Below are positions 27,859-45,009 of a DNA stretch of 64,000 nucleotides, piece after piece (position 1 is the first letter of the stretch; the number at the start of each line of letters is the position of its first letter). Position numbers and translations under genes: made by a program. Where the stretch lies: assembly GCF_009914755.1 (NCBI RefSeq), contig NC_060932.1; one strand, given 5' to 3'. This stretch comes from the human T2T-CHM13v2.0 reference genome, Homo sapiens. The notes beneath the pieces are model-generated. The model did no database searches. It was given only the letters and a program-made list of their open reading frames with translations, and was not told where the DNA came from.

Positions 27859-28861
27859 AAAATACAGTACAGTGGAAAGTCAGGTCAGAAAGGAAGTAGA
27901 AGCAGAGGTATAGAGGAAGCCAAGTGTATAATAAAAAATGTCCTCTCTAATACCATGGGCCTCTTAAGTGAAGTGGGCTTGATCTGGAAGTTAGATATGA
28001 CAGGATGAGATGAAGGTGAGCAAAGGCAGGTGGAAGAAATCCTGCTGGGGTGACTTGAAATCCAAACTAATCCTGGCAGAGCCATGAATGCCAGGCAACA
28101 GTTTATTCAAGACGGGGAAATGGGGACGTGTTTGGACAAGTTGCACTCTATGACCTCTATATTCCAAAACGACCAAGTCTTTTTTTGTCTATTGCCTGAA
28201 ATATATTTTCTTTATTGAAAATATCATACTCTACATGCCATAGTATATTTCAATTAAAAAATATCTATATACATTTCTTTAAACATATAATCATTGTAAA
28301 ACAGATCGCATGAAGATATTCCCAAATTCAATATGGTTTCTCATGGGTTATTTTTATTATTTTCCTTATACTTTTCTCTGTTTCCAAATAGAGAAGGGTA
28401 CATTTTTTATGATTAGGTAAATACATAAATTTCACTGAAGCACTACAGGATTTTTTTTCCTCTAATGTGTGTAGTATGTTTTTGTGTGTGTTAAATAAGA
28501 GCTAAACTTTGGTGAACAGGCAAAATAGCCCCACTTAACTTTAAAAAAAATTTACGAAAGTTACTGCTTATGTTTAGTAGATAAAATAAACAAATTGGAT
28601 TCTGCTTTGGTCTGAAATGGTCCACATTTTAAAAAATTATTTTGGGGTAAATATTAGATTTATGAATTCAAGTTCTTTTGATCTGTCATGTTATTAATCC
28701 CAATAAAGCATTATTTGAAAGTACTTAGACAATGGTATCTAGAGTGAATCTTTTGATGAAATCACCGTTATTTTTAACTAGAGATATTCGTTTACTTAAG
28801 CTATAACAAAGGTAGTTTACTGATATGTTTAAATATCTTAGTAAGTTGTAGTTTTTAAAAT

Positions 28862-29315
28862 TTTTATTATATTTATTTTAAATAATTTTAACCTATATTT
28901 TAGATTCAGGGGGTATTTATGTGGATTAGTTACTGGGTTATATTATGTGATGCTGAGGTTTGGGATAAAATTGATCCTGTCACCCAGTACCCAATAGTTT
29001 TTCAAACCTTGCCCTCTTCCCTCCTGCCTCCTTCTAATAGTCGTCAGTGTCTATTATTCCTATGTTTATGTCTATGAAAACCCATTGTTTAGCTGCCACT
29101 TATAAGTGAGAACATGCGGTATTTGGTTTTCTGTTCCTGCATTAATTCACTTAGGATACTGGTCTCCAACTGCATTCACGCTGCTGCAAAGGGCATAATT
29201 TTATTCTTTTCTATGGGTGTAGCATTCCACGGTGTATACTTACCACACTTTCTTTATCCAATCCACCACTGATGGGCACCTACGTTGATTCCATGTCTTT
29301 GCCATTGTGAATAGC
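28862..29315 (-). mobile_element. L1PB-type 3' UTR fragment
   Basis: 'ttttagattcagggggt...gatgctgaggtttggg...ttataagtgagaacatgcggtatttgg...tccaatccaccactgatgggcacc'. Confidence 0.85.
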
Positions 29316-32300
29316 AATGAGAATAGACTACAGTCTCTAGTCTAAGGAACAAACTTCCTGCATATGTAATTCAATGTGCATGAGTCTTTTTTTGGTAAAG
29401 TCACACACAGTGATAGCTACAGAAGCATTTGAAATGAAGGATGTCCCTTATTTCTCTGTCTCTCATTCTTTCTTGTCTTCTCTTTCTGTACTAATTAGGA
29501 CTCTGGGATTTTGACATCACCAAATGTCAGAGGGTAAGGTCCTACTGCATTACGTATATTTTAATAAGTAGGGTTCAAGATTTAAAATGTATAAAGCCAG
29601 GACTTCAGAGTACAATTTCTTTTTTTTTCTTCAACTTATATTTTAAGTTCCAGGGTACATGTGCAAGATGTGCAGGTTTGTTACATAGGTAAACGTGTGC
29701 CTTGGTGGTTTGCTGCACAGATCAACCCATCACCCAGGTATTAAACCCTTAACTATTCTTCCTTATGCTCCCCCTTCCCCCAGTCCCCACCTGAGAGGCC
29801 CCAGTGTGTGTTGCTCCCACCTCATGTGTCCATGTGTTTGAATCATTCAGCTCCCACTTATAAGTGAGAACATTTGGTGTTTGGTTTTCTTTTCCTGAAT
29901 TAATTTGCTGAGGATAATGGCTCCTAGCATCACTCATGTCCTGCAAAGGACATGATCTCATTTCTTTTTTTGGCTGCATAGTATTCCATGGTGTATATGT
30001 GCTACATTTCCTTTATCCAGTCTATCATTATTGGGCATTTAGGTTAATTCCATGTCTTTGCTGTTGTGAGTAGTACTGCAATGAGCATATGCATGCCAGT
30101 ATCTTTATGAAAGACTAATTTATATTCCTTTGGGGATATACACAGTAATGGAATTGCTGGGTCAAATGGTATTTCTGCTTCTAGATCTTTGAGGAATAGC
30201 CACATTGTCTTCCACAATGGTTGAACTAATTTACACTCCCACCACCAGTGTAAAAGTACTTCTATTTCTCCACAACCTCATCAGCATCTGTGGCTTTATG
30301 ACTTTTTAACAATAGCCATTCTGACTGGTGTTAGATGGTATCTCATCGTGGTTATGAATTGCATTTCTCTAATGATCAGCTATGTTGAGCTTTTTAAAAT
30401 ATATTTGTTGGCTGCATGAATGTCTTCTTTTGAGAAATGTCTGTTCATGTCCTTTGCCCATGTTTTAATGGGGTTGTTTGTTTTTATCTTGTAAATTTGT
30501 TTAAGTTCCTTGTAGATACTGGATATTAGACCTTTGTCAGATGAATTAATTGCAAAATTTTTCTCCCATTTTGTAGGTTGTTTACTCTGATGATAGTTTC
30601 TTTTGGTGTGCAGAAGCTCTTTAGTTTAATTAGATCCCATTTGTCAATTTTTGCTTTTGTTGCAATTACTTTTGGCATTTTCATCATGAAATCTTTGCCT
30701 GTGCCTGTGTTCTGAATGGTATTGCCTAGATTTTCTTCTAGGGTTTTTACAGTCTTGGGTTTTACATTTAAGTCTTCAGTCCATCTTGAGTTAACTTTTT
30801 TGTATAAGGTATAAGAATGGGGATCCAGTTTTGATTTTCTCCATATGGCTAGCCAGTTTTCCCAGAACCATTTATTAAATAAGGAATCCTTTCCCAGTTG
30901 CTTGTTTTTGTCAGTTGTCAAAGATCAGATAGTTGTAGGTGTGTAGTCTTGTTCCTGAGTCCTCTATTCTGTTCCCTTGGTCTATGTGTCCATTTTTGTA
31001 CCAGTACCTTGCTGTTTTGGTTACTGTAGCCTTGTAGTATTGTTTGAAGAAGAGTAGCATGATGACTCCAGCTTTGTTCTTTTTGCTTAGGATTGTCTTG
31101 GCTATTTGGGCTCTATTTTGGTTCTATATGAATTTTAAAATTGTTTATTCTAATTCTGTGAAGAATATCAATGGTAGTTTAATAGGAATAGCATTGAATC
31201 TATAAATTACCTTTGGGATTATGGCCATTTTAATGATATCCATGAGCATGGAATGTTTTTCCATTTGTTTGTGTCCTCTCTGATTTCCTTGAGCAGTGGT
31301 TTGTAGTTCTCCTTGAAGAGTTCCTTCACTTCCCTTGTTCACTGTATTCCTAGGTATTTTATTCTCTTTGTAGCCTGAATGGGAGTTCATTCATGATTTG
31401 GCTCTCTGCTTGCCTGTTTTTGGTGTAGAGGGATGGTAGCAACTGTTGCACATTGATTTGTGTCCTGAAACTTCACTGAAGTTGCTTATCATCTTAAGAA
31501 GCTTTTGGGCTGAGATGCTGCGGTTTTCCAGATATAGGATCATGTTATCTGCAAAAAAAGTTAATTTCACTTCCTCTCTTCCTATTTGAATACCTTTATT
31601 TCTTTCTCTTGCCTGATTGCCCTGGCCAGAGCTTTCAATACTATGTTGAGTAGGAGTGGTGAGAGAGGGCATCCTTGTGTTGTGCTGGTTTTCAAGGTGA
31701 ATGCTCCAGCTTCTGCCCGTTCAATATGATATTAGCTGTGGGTTTGTCATAAATGGCTCTTATTATTTTGATGTATATTCCTTCAATACCTAGTATATTG
31801 AGAGTTTTTAACATGAAGCGTTGTTGAATTTTATCAAAGGCCTTTTCTGCATCTATTGAGATAATCATGATGTTTTTGTCTTTAGTTTTGTTTATGTGAT
31901 GAATTACATTTATTGATTTGTGTATGCTGAATCAACCTTGCATCCTGGGGATGAAGGCAGCTTTATCATGGTGAATAAGCTTTTCGATGTGCTTGCTGGA
32001 TTCAATTTGCCAGTATTTTATTGAGGATTTTTGCGTTGATGTTTATCAGAGATATTGGCCTGAAGTTTTCTATTTTTTGATGTATCTCTGTCAGGTTTTG
32101 ATATCAGGATGATTCTGGCCTCATAAAATTAGTTGCGGAGGAGTACCTCGTTTTCAATTGTTTGGAATTGTTTCAGTAGAAATGGTACCAGCTTTTCTTT
32201 GTACCTCTGGTAGAATTTAGCTGTAAATCTGTCTGGTCCTGGGTTTTTTTGTTTGGTTGATAGGCTGTTTATTACTGACTGAATTTCAGAACTCATTATT

Positions 32301-32898
32301 TGCCTATTCAGGGATTCAATTTCTTCCTGACTCAGTCTTGGGATAGTGTATGTGTCCAGGAATTTAACTATTTCTTCTAGGTTTTCTAGTTTATGTGCAT
32401 AGAGGTGTTCATAGTATTCTTTAGTAGTTGGTTGTATTTCTGTGGGGTCAGTGATATTTCCCTTATCTTTTCTGATTGTGTCTATTTGATTCTTCTCTCT
32501 ATCTCCTTCAGTTCAGCTCTGATCTTGGTTATTTCTTGTCTTCTGCTAGCTTTGGGGTTCATTTGCTCCTGGTTTTCTAGTTCAGCTCTGAACTTGGTCA
32601 TTTCTTGTTTTTGCTAGCTTTGGGGTTTGTTTGCTCTTGGTTTTCTAGTTCTTTTAGTTGCGATCTTAGGTTGCTGATTTGAGATATTTCTTCCTTTTTC
32701 ATGTGGGTATTTAGTGCAATAAATTTCCCTCTTGACAGTGCTTTAGCTGTATCCCAGAGGTTCTGGTATGTTGTCTCTCTGTTTTCATTAGTTTCAAAGA
32801 ACTTCTTGATTTCTGCCTTAATTTCATTATTTACCTAGGAGTCATTCAGTAGCAGGTTGTTCAAATTCCATGCAGTTGAATGGTTTTGAGTGAGTTTC

Positions 32899-33104
32899 TT
32901 TCTTTCCTTTTTTCTTTTTTTTCTTTTGAGACAGAGTCTCACTCTGTCACCCAGGCTGGGGTTCAGTGGCGCAATTTCGGCTCACTACAACTTCTGCGTC
33001 CTGGGTTCAAGTGATTCTCATGCCTCAGCCCCTGAGTAGCTGGGAATACAGGCATGCACCACCATGCCCAGCTAATTTTTTTCTTTTGTATTTTTAGTAT
33101 AGAC
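32899..33104 (-). mobile_element. 5'-truncated AluS (right arm plus linker) in L1 ORF2
   Basis: Pyrimidine tail, 'gagacagagtctcactctgtcacccagg...tttttagtatagac', then L1 resumes at ttgagttctaa. Confidence 0.9.
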
Positions 33105-33713
33105 TTTTTGAGTTCTAATTTGATTGCACAGTCTTGTGAGAGACTGTTGTGATTTCAGTTCTTTTGCATTTGCTGAGGAGTGTTTTACTTCCAATTACAT
33201 GATCAATTTTAGAGTAAGTGCCATGTGGCAATGAGAAGAATGGTTATTCTGTTGTTTTTGTTTTGGGTGGAGATTTTTGTAGATATCTATCAGGTCTGCT
33301 TGATACAGAGCAGAGTTCAGGTCCTGAATATCTTTGTTAATTTTCTGTTTCAATAATCTGTCTAATATCATCAGTGGGGTGTTAAAGTCTCCCAATATTA
33401 TTGTGTGGGAGTCTAAGTCTCTTTGTAGGTCTCTAACAACTTGCTTTATGAATCTAGGTCCTCCTGTATTGCGTGCATATATATTTAGAATAGTTAGCTC
33501 TTTTTATTGAATTGAACACTTTACCATTATGTAATGCCCTTCTTTGTCTTTTTTGATCTTTGTTGGTTTAAAGTCTGTTTTGTCAGAAACTAGGGTTGTG
33601 ACCCCAGTTTTTTTCTGTTTTCCATTTTCTTGGTAAATTTTCCTCCATCCCTTTATTTTGAGTGTATGTGTGTCTTTGCACATGAGATGGGTTGCCTGAA
33701 GACAGCACACTGA

Positions 33714-34037
<324 letters not shown>

Positions 34038-34209
34038 GGGTCTTGACTCTTTATCCATCTTGCCATTCTGTGTCTTTTAATTGTGGTATTTAGCCTATTT
34101 ATGTTTAAGGTTGGTATTATTATGTGTGGATACGATCCTGTCATGATGATATTAGCTGGTTATTTTGCAGACTTGTTTATGTGGTTGCTTCATAGTGTCA
34201 CTGGTCTGT

Positions 34210-35230
34210 GCACTTCAGTGTGCTTTTCTAGTGGCTGGTACCAGTTTTTCCTTTTTATATTTAGTGCTTCCTTCAGGAGCTCTTACAAGGCAGGCCTGGT
34301 GGTGATGAATTCCCTCAGCATTTGCTTGTCTGTAAAGGAACTTATTTCTCTTTCACTTATGAAACTTGGTTTGGCCGGATGTGAAATTCTGGGTTGCAAT
34401 TTTTTTTTTTTAAGAATGTTGAATATTGGCTCCCAATCTCTTCTGGCTTGTAGGGTTTCTGCTTATAGGTCCACTGTTAGTCTGATGGCCTTCTCTTTGT
34501 GGGTGATCCAGCCTTTCTCTCTGGCTGCCCTTAACATTTTTTCTTGCATTCTGACCTTGGAGAATCTGACGATTATGTGTCTTGGGGTTGATCTTCTTGT
34601 GGAGTATATTACTGGAGTTCTCTGGATTTCCTGAATTTGAATGTTGGCCTGTCTTGCTAGGTTGAGGAAGTGCTCCTGGATGATATCCTGAAGCATGTTC
34701 TCCAACTTGGTTCCATTCTCCCCATCTCTTTCAGGTGCTCCAATCAATCGTAAATTTGGTCTTTTTACATAATCCCATATGTCTTGGAAATTTTGTTTGT
34801 TTCTTTTTATTCAATTTTCTCTATTCTTGTCTGCCTGTCTTATTTCAGAAAGATAGTCTTCAAACTCTGAGATTTTTTCCTCCATTTGGTCTGTTCTGCT
34901 GTTGATACTTGTGATTGCATTGTGAACCTCTCGTGTTGTGTTTTTTAGCTCCATCAGGTCAGTTATGCTCCTCTCTGAACTGGATATTCTGGTTGTCAGC
35001 TCCTGTATTATTTTATTGTGATTCTTAGCTTCTTTGCATTGGGTTAGGAAATGCTCTCTTAGCTCAGTGAAGTTCATCATTACCCACCTTCTGAAGCCTA
35101 CTTCTGCCATTTTAGCCATCTCAGCCTCAGCCCAGTTCTGTGCCCTTGCTGGAGAGGTGTTGTAGTCATTTGGAGAAGTAGCACTTTGGTTTTTTGAGTT
35201 TTTAGCATTTTTGCATTGATTTTTTTCTCA
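34210..35230 (-). pseudogene. decayed L1 ORF1
   Basis: Fragments MAKMAEVGFRRWV...MELKNTTRE and ENGTKLENMLQDIIQE...RAAREKG. Confidence 0.88.
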
Positions 35231-36970
35231 TCTTTGTGGGCTTAATGATCTTCAATCTTTGAGGTTTCTGACCATTGAATGGGGTTTTTGTGGGGCCTTT
35301 TTTGTTGATGTTGTTGTTGTTGCTTTCTGTTTGTTTTTCTTTTGGCAGTCAGGCCACCATTCTATAGGGCTTCTGCAGTTTGCTGGGGGTCCACTCCAGA
35401 CCTCATTTGCCTTGGTCCCTCCCGTACCTGGAGGTATCAGCAGTGAAGCCTGTGAAACAACAAAGATAGCAACCTGCTCATTCCTCTGGGAACTCTGTCC
35501 CAGTGGGGCACAGACCTGATGCTTCCCGCATGCTCATGTAGGAGGTGTCTTGAGACCCCTTTTGGGAGGTCTTACACAGTCAGGAGGAATGGGATCGGGG
35601 ACCCACTTAAAGAAGCAGCCTGACTGCCCCTTGACAGAGCAGTTGCACCATGCTGGGGGAAACCTGCCTCATTCAGACCTCCCGGACTCTAAAGCCAGCA
35701 GGCTAGACAGAGTACAATTTCATAATGCTGCTTACTTTTGGCAGTGAGCACCAGTTTATGATCATATTCCTTTTGGAAAGCCAGAAGGTCAACTTTCAAT
35801 AAGAAGAGGTAAGTGGCAAAAATATGTAAGATAAACTCATAAAATTAAACTTTAAAGCAAGAATTAGCTAAGTGGAAAAGCATAAAATTAGCTCATAGTA
35901 AGTAAAGCTAGTAATTTATATATCCTTAAAATTTTTTTTAACAGTGTGATAGTAACAGGAGTGACAGATCAGCAAAATTAAAACTATGTAATAAAACCAG
36001 CCACACTGATTAAAGGGTAAAGTTTACTAAACGTGGATCAAAATGATTTTCTTTTTTCAGGATAAACTCATTAGAAAAGTCAGACTGGAACCATATGGGT
36101 TACATTCAGACCAACAAGCCATGGACTAAATTAAAAGGGAAGGCCTTCAGTGCCCTATCTCCTTTGGGTATCCTGAATGTAAATGTGAGTGGACATTTGA
36201 ATGTGAGATGAGGCTGAGGATCATGGATTCATTGTCTTTTGTAAGTTCATCTAATTTGATGAAAGTCATTGTCCCAAACTTCCCTTTCTCCCTTTCCCTC
36301 ATTTTTCCATGGCTAAAAATGACTACATCTGGCATTACAGTATTTGGCATGAAGTGTTTTAAATGCATGAATTTTCTAGGCAGATTTGGCACTGAAACAT
36401 TTATATTTTAATTACTTTTTTCTTTTTCTATTCCAATAGGTTTTTGAGGGAACAGGTGATGTTTGGTTACATGAATAAGTTCTTTAGTGGTGATTTCTGA
36501 GATTTCTGTGCACCCATCACCCGAGCAATATACACTATGCCCAGTGTGTAGTCTTTTATCCCTCTCCACCCCCAACCATTCACCCGAGTCACCAAAGTCC
36601 ATTGTTTCATCTTTATGCCTGAGTCCTCATAGCTTAGTTTCACATATGAGTGAGAACACACGATGTTTGATTTTCCATTCCTGAGTAACTTCACTTAGAT
36701 TAGTAGTCTCCAATTCTATCCAGGTTGCTGCAAATGCCATTATTTTATTCCTTTTTATGGCTGAGTAGTACTCTTAATATATATACTCCATTTTCTTTAT
36801 CAGCTCGTTGATTGATGGGCATTTGGGTGGTACCATATTTTTGCAATTGCAAATTGTGCTGTTATAAACATGCATATGCAAATATCTTTTCATATGATGA
36901 CTTCTTATCCTCTGGGTAGATACCTCGTAGTGGGATTGCTGGATCAAATGGTAGATCTACTTTCAGTTCT

Positions 36971-37686
36971 GTTTTTTTATTGTAGGATTTTTTATTATTA
37001 TTATACTTTAAGTTCTGTGGTACATGTGCAGAAGGTGCAGTTTTGTTATATAGGTATACACATGTCATGGTGGTTTGCTGTACCCATCAACCCATCACCT
37101 ACATTAGGTATTTCTCCTGATGTTATCCCTCTCCTAGCTGCCCACCCCCCAACAGGCCCCAGTGTGTGATGTTTCCCTCCCTATGTCCATGTGTTTTCAT
37201 TGTTCATCTCCCACTTATGAATGAGAACATACGGTGTTTGGTTTTCTGTTCTTGTGACAGTTTGCTGAGAATGATGGTTTCCAGCTTCATCCATGTCCCT
37301 GCAAAGGACATGAACTCATCCTTTTTTATTGCATAGTATTCTATGGTGTATATGTGCCACATTTTCTTTATTCAGTCTGTTATTGATGGACATTTTGGTT
37401 GGTTCCAAGTTGTTGCTATTGTGAATAGTTAACGCCAGTTAGAATGGCGATCATTAAAAAGTCAGGAAATAACAGATGCTGGAGAGGATGTGGAGAAATA
37501 GGAATGCTTTTACACGGTTGGTAGGAGCGTAAATTAGTTCAATCATTGTGGAAGACAGTGTGGCGATTCCTTAAAGATCTAGAACTAGAAATACCATTTG
37601 ACCGAGCAATCCCATTACTGGGTATATACCCAAAGGATTATAAATCATTCTACTATAAAGACACATGCACATGTATGTTTATGTGG
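36971..37686 (-). mobile_element. 5'-truncated, 5'-inverted (twin-primed) L1PA7/8-type insertion
   Basis: Antisense 3' end at 36971-37429, then sense segment at ~37431-37686; TSD tacttt[c/t]agttct at 36958-36970 and 37687-37699. Confidence 0.93.
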
Positions 37687-40600
37687 TACTTTTAGTTCTT
37701 TAAGGAATCTCCACACTGTTTTCCATAGTGGTTGTACTAGTTTTACATTCCAACCAACAGTGTAAATGTGTTTCCTTTTCACTGCATCCATGCCAACACC
37801 TACTATTTTTTTATTATAGCCTTTTTTTGCAGGAGTGAAGTGGTATCGCATAGTGGTTTTGATTTTCATTTTCCTGATAATTAGTGATGTTGAGCATTTT
37901 TTCATATGCTTGTTGTCCATTTGTATATCTTCGTTTGAGAATCATCTATTCATATCCTTAGCCCACTTTTTGATGGGATTTTTTTTTTCTTGCTGGTTTT
38001 TTTGAGTTCTTTGTAGATTCTGGGTATTAGTCCTTTGTTAGATGTGTAGATTGTGAAGATTTCCTCCCACTGTGTGGGTTAGCTGTTAACTCTACTGATT
38101 ATTTCTTTTGCTGTGCAGAAAGTTTTCAGTTGAATTAAGTTCCATATATTTATCTTTGTTTTTGTTGCATTTGCTTTGGGTTCTTGGTCATGAAATCTTT
38201 GCCTAAGCCAATGTCTAGAAGTGTTTTTCTGATGTTCTCTTCTAGAATCTTTATGGTTTCAGACTTAGATTTAAGTCTTTGATCCATTTTGAGTTGATTT
38301 TTGTATAAGATGAGAGGTCAGGATCCAGTTTCATTCTTCTACATGTGGCTTGCCAATTATCTCAGCTCCATTTGTTGAATAGGGTGTCCTTTCTTTACTT
38401 TATGTTTTTGTTTGCTTTGTCAAAAATCAGTTGGGTGTAAGTATTTTGCTTTATTTCTGGGTTTCCTATCTGTTCCATTAGTCTATGTATACCTGTTTTC
38501 ATACCAGTACCATGCTGTTGGTGACTATGGCCTTATAGTATAGTTTGAAGTTGGGTACTGTGATGCCTCCAGATTTGTTCTTTTTGGTTAGTATTGCTTT
38601 GGCTATATGGGCCCTTTTTTGGTTCCATATGAACTTTAGGATTGTTTTTTCTAGTTCTGTGAAGAATGATGAGGTATTTTTGTGGGTATTGCATTGAATT
38701 TGTAGATTGCTTTTGGCTGTATGGTCATTTTCACAATATTGATTCTACTCAGCCGTGAGCATGGATGTGTTTCATTTGTTTGTGTCATCTATGATTTCTT
38801 TCAGTAGCATTTTGTAGTTTTCCTTGTAGAGGTCTTTCTTGTCCTTGGTTAGGTATATTCCTAAGTATTTTATTTTATTTTATTTTTGCACATATCGTGA
38901 AAGGGGTTGAGTTCTTTATTTGATTCTCAGCATGGTTGCTGTTGGTGTATAGCAGAGCTACTGATTTGTGTACATTAACTTTGTATCCTGAAACTTTGCT
39001 GAATTTATTCACCAGCTCTAGGAGCTATTTGCTTGTGTCTTTAGGGTTTTCTAGGCATACAATTATATAATCAGCAGACAGTGATGGTTTGACTTCCTAT
39101 TTACCGATTTGGGTGCCCTTAATTTTTTTCTCATGTCTGAGTGCTTTGGCTGGGACTTACAGTACTATGTTGAATAGAAGTGGTAAAAGTGGGCATGCTC
39201 GTTTTGTTCCAGTTTTTAGGGGGAATGCTTTCAACTTTTCTCTGTTCAGTATAGTGTTGGCTGTGGTTTGTCATAGATGGCTTTTATTACCTCAAGTTAT
39301 GTCCCTTCTATGCCAATTTTACTGAGGGTTTTAATCATAAAGGATGGTGGATTTTGTCAAATGCTTTTTCTGTGTCTGTTGAGATGATCATGTGATTTTT
39401 GTTTTTAATTCTGTTTATGTGGCATATCACATTTATTGACTTATGAGTGTTAAACAATCCCTGCATCCCTGGTATGAAACCCACTTGATCATGGTGGATC
39501 GTCTTTTTGATATGCTGTTGGATTCAGTTAGCTAGTATTTTGCTAAGGATTTTTGCATTCTATGCTTATCAGGGATAATGGTCTGTAGTTTTCTTTTGCG
39601 TGTTATGTCCTTCTCTAGTTTTGGTATTAGGGTGATACTGTCTTCATAAAATGATTTAGGGAGGAGTCCTTCTTTCCCTATCTTTTGGAATAGCATCAAT
39701 AGGATTGATACGATGTCTTTGACTGTCTGTTAGAATTCAACTGTGAATCTGTCTGGTCCTGGACTTTTTTTTGTTGTTGGTATTTTTTTAATTATCATTT
39801 CAATCCCGCTATTTGTTATTGGTCTGCTCAGAGATTCTATATCTTCTGGCTTAATCTAGAAGGGTTGTATATTTTCACAAATTTATCTATCTTCTCTAGG
39901 TTTTCTAGTATGTATGTAAAGGTGTTCATAGTAGCCTTGAATAACCTTCTGTATTTCTGTGGTATTAGTTGTAATATTTCCCAATTTGTTTTTATTTGAG
40001 CTTATTTGGATCTTCTCTCTTCTTTTCTTCATTAATCTTGCTAGTGCTCTATCAATTTTATTTATCTTTTCAAAGAACCAGCTTTTTGTTTCATTTATCT
40101 TTTGTATTATTTTGTTTTAATTTAATTTACTTCTACTGTGATCTTTGTTATTTTTTTCTTCGGCTAGGTTTGGGTTTAGATTGTTCTTGTTTCTCCAGTT
40201 CCATGAGGTGTGACCTTAGATTGCCTATTTGTGCACTTTCAGACTTTTTAATGTAGGCATTTAATTAATGCTATGAACTTTCCTCTTAACACTGCTTTTG
40301 CTGTATCCCAATGGGTTTAATAGGTTGTACCACTATTATTACTCAGTTCAAAAAGCTTTTAAATCTCCATCTTGATTTCATCATTTACCCAACAGTCACT
40401 CAGGAGCAGGTTATTTAATTTCCATGTATTTGTATAGTTTTGAAGATTCCCTTTGGAGTTGATTTCCAATTTTATTCCACTGTCGTTGGAGAGAGTACTT
40501 GATATAATTTTGATTTTTTAAAATTTTTTGAGGCTCATTTTGTGGCCTATCATATGGTCTATCTTGGAGAATGTTCCATGTGCTGATGAATAGAATGTAT

Positions 40601-41129
40601 ATGCTGCAGTTGTTGGGTAGAATGTTTCATCAATATCTGTTTAGTCCATTTGTTGTAGGGTATAGTTTAAGTCCATTGTTTCTTTGCTGACTTTCTGTCC
40701 TGATGACCTGTCTAATGCTATCAGTGGAGTATTAAAGTACCCACTATTATTGTGTTGCCATCTATCTCATCTCTTAGGTCTAGTAGTAATTTTTTTTATA
40801 AATTTGGGAGCTCCAGTGTTAGGTGGGTATATATTTAGAATTGTGATATTTTCCTGTTGGACAGGCTTTTTGTCATTATATAGTGACCCTCTTTTTTTTT
40901 TTAACTGCTGTTGCTTTTTTTTAAATTGTACTTTTAGGTTCTAGGGTACATGTGCACAACATGCAGGTTTGTTACATATGTATACATGTGCTGTGTTGGT
41001 TTGCTGCACCCATTAACTCATCATTTACGTTAGGTATTTCTCCTAATGCTCTCCCTCCCTGATCCCACCACCCCATGACAGGCCCCGGTGTTTGCTGTTC
41101 CCTGCCCTGTGTCCAAGTGTTCTTATTGT

Positions 41130-44946
<3,817 letters not shown>

Positions 44947-45009
44947 TATGATGTTAGCTGGTTATTTTGCTCATTAGTTGATGCAATTTCTCTCTAGCAT
45001 CGATGGTCT

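Noticed and set aside
34083-34634. 183-aa hydrophobic ORF resembling a membrane protein
   Set aside because: It is the antisense translation of A-rich L1 ORF1.
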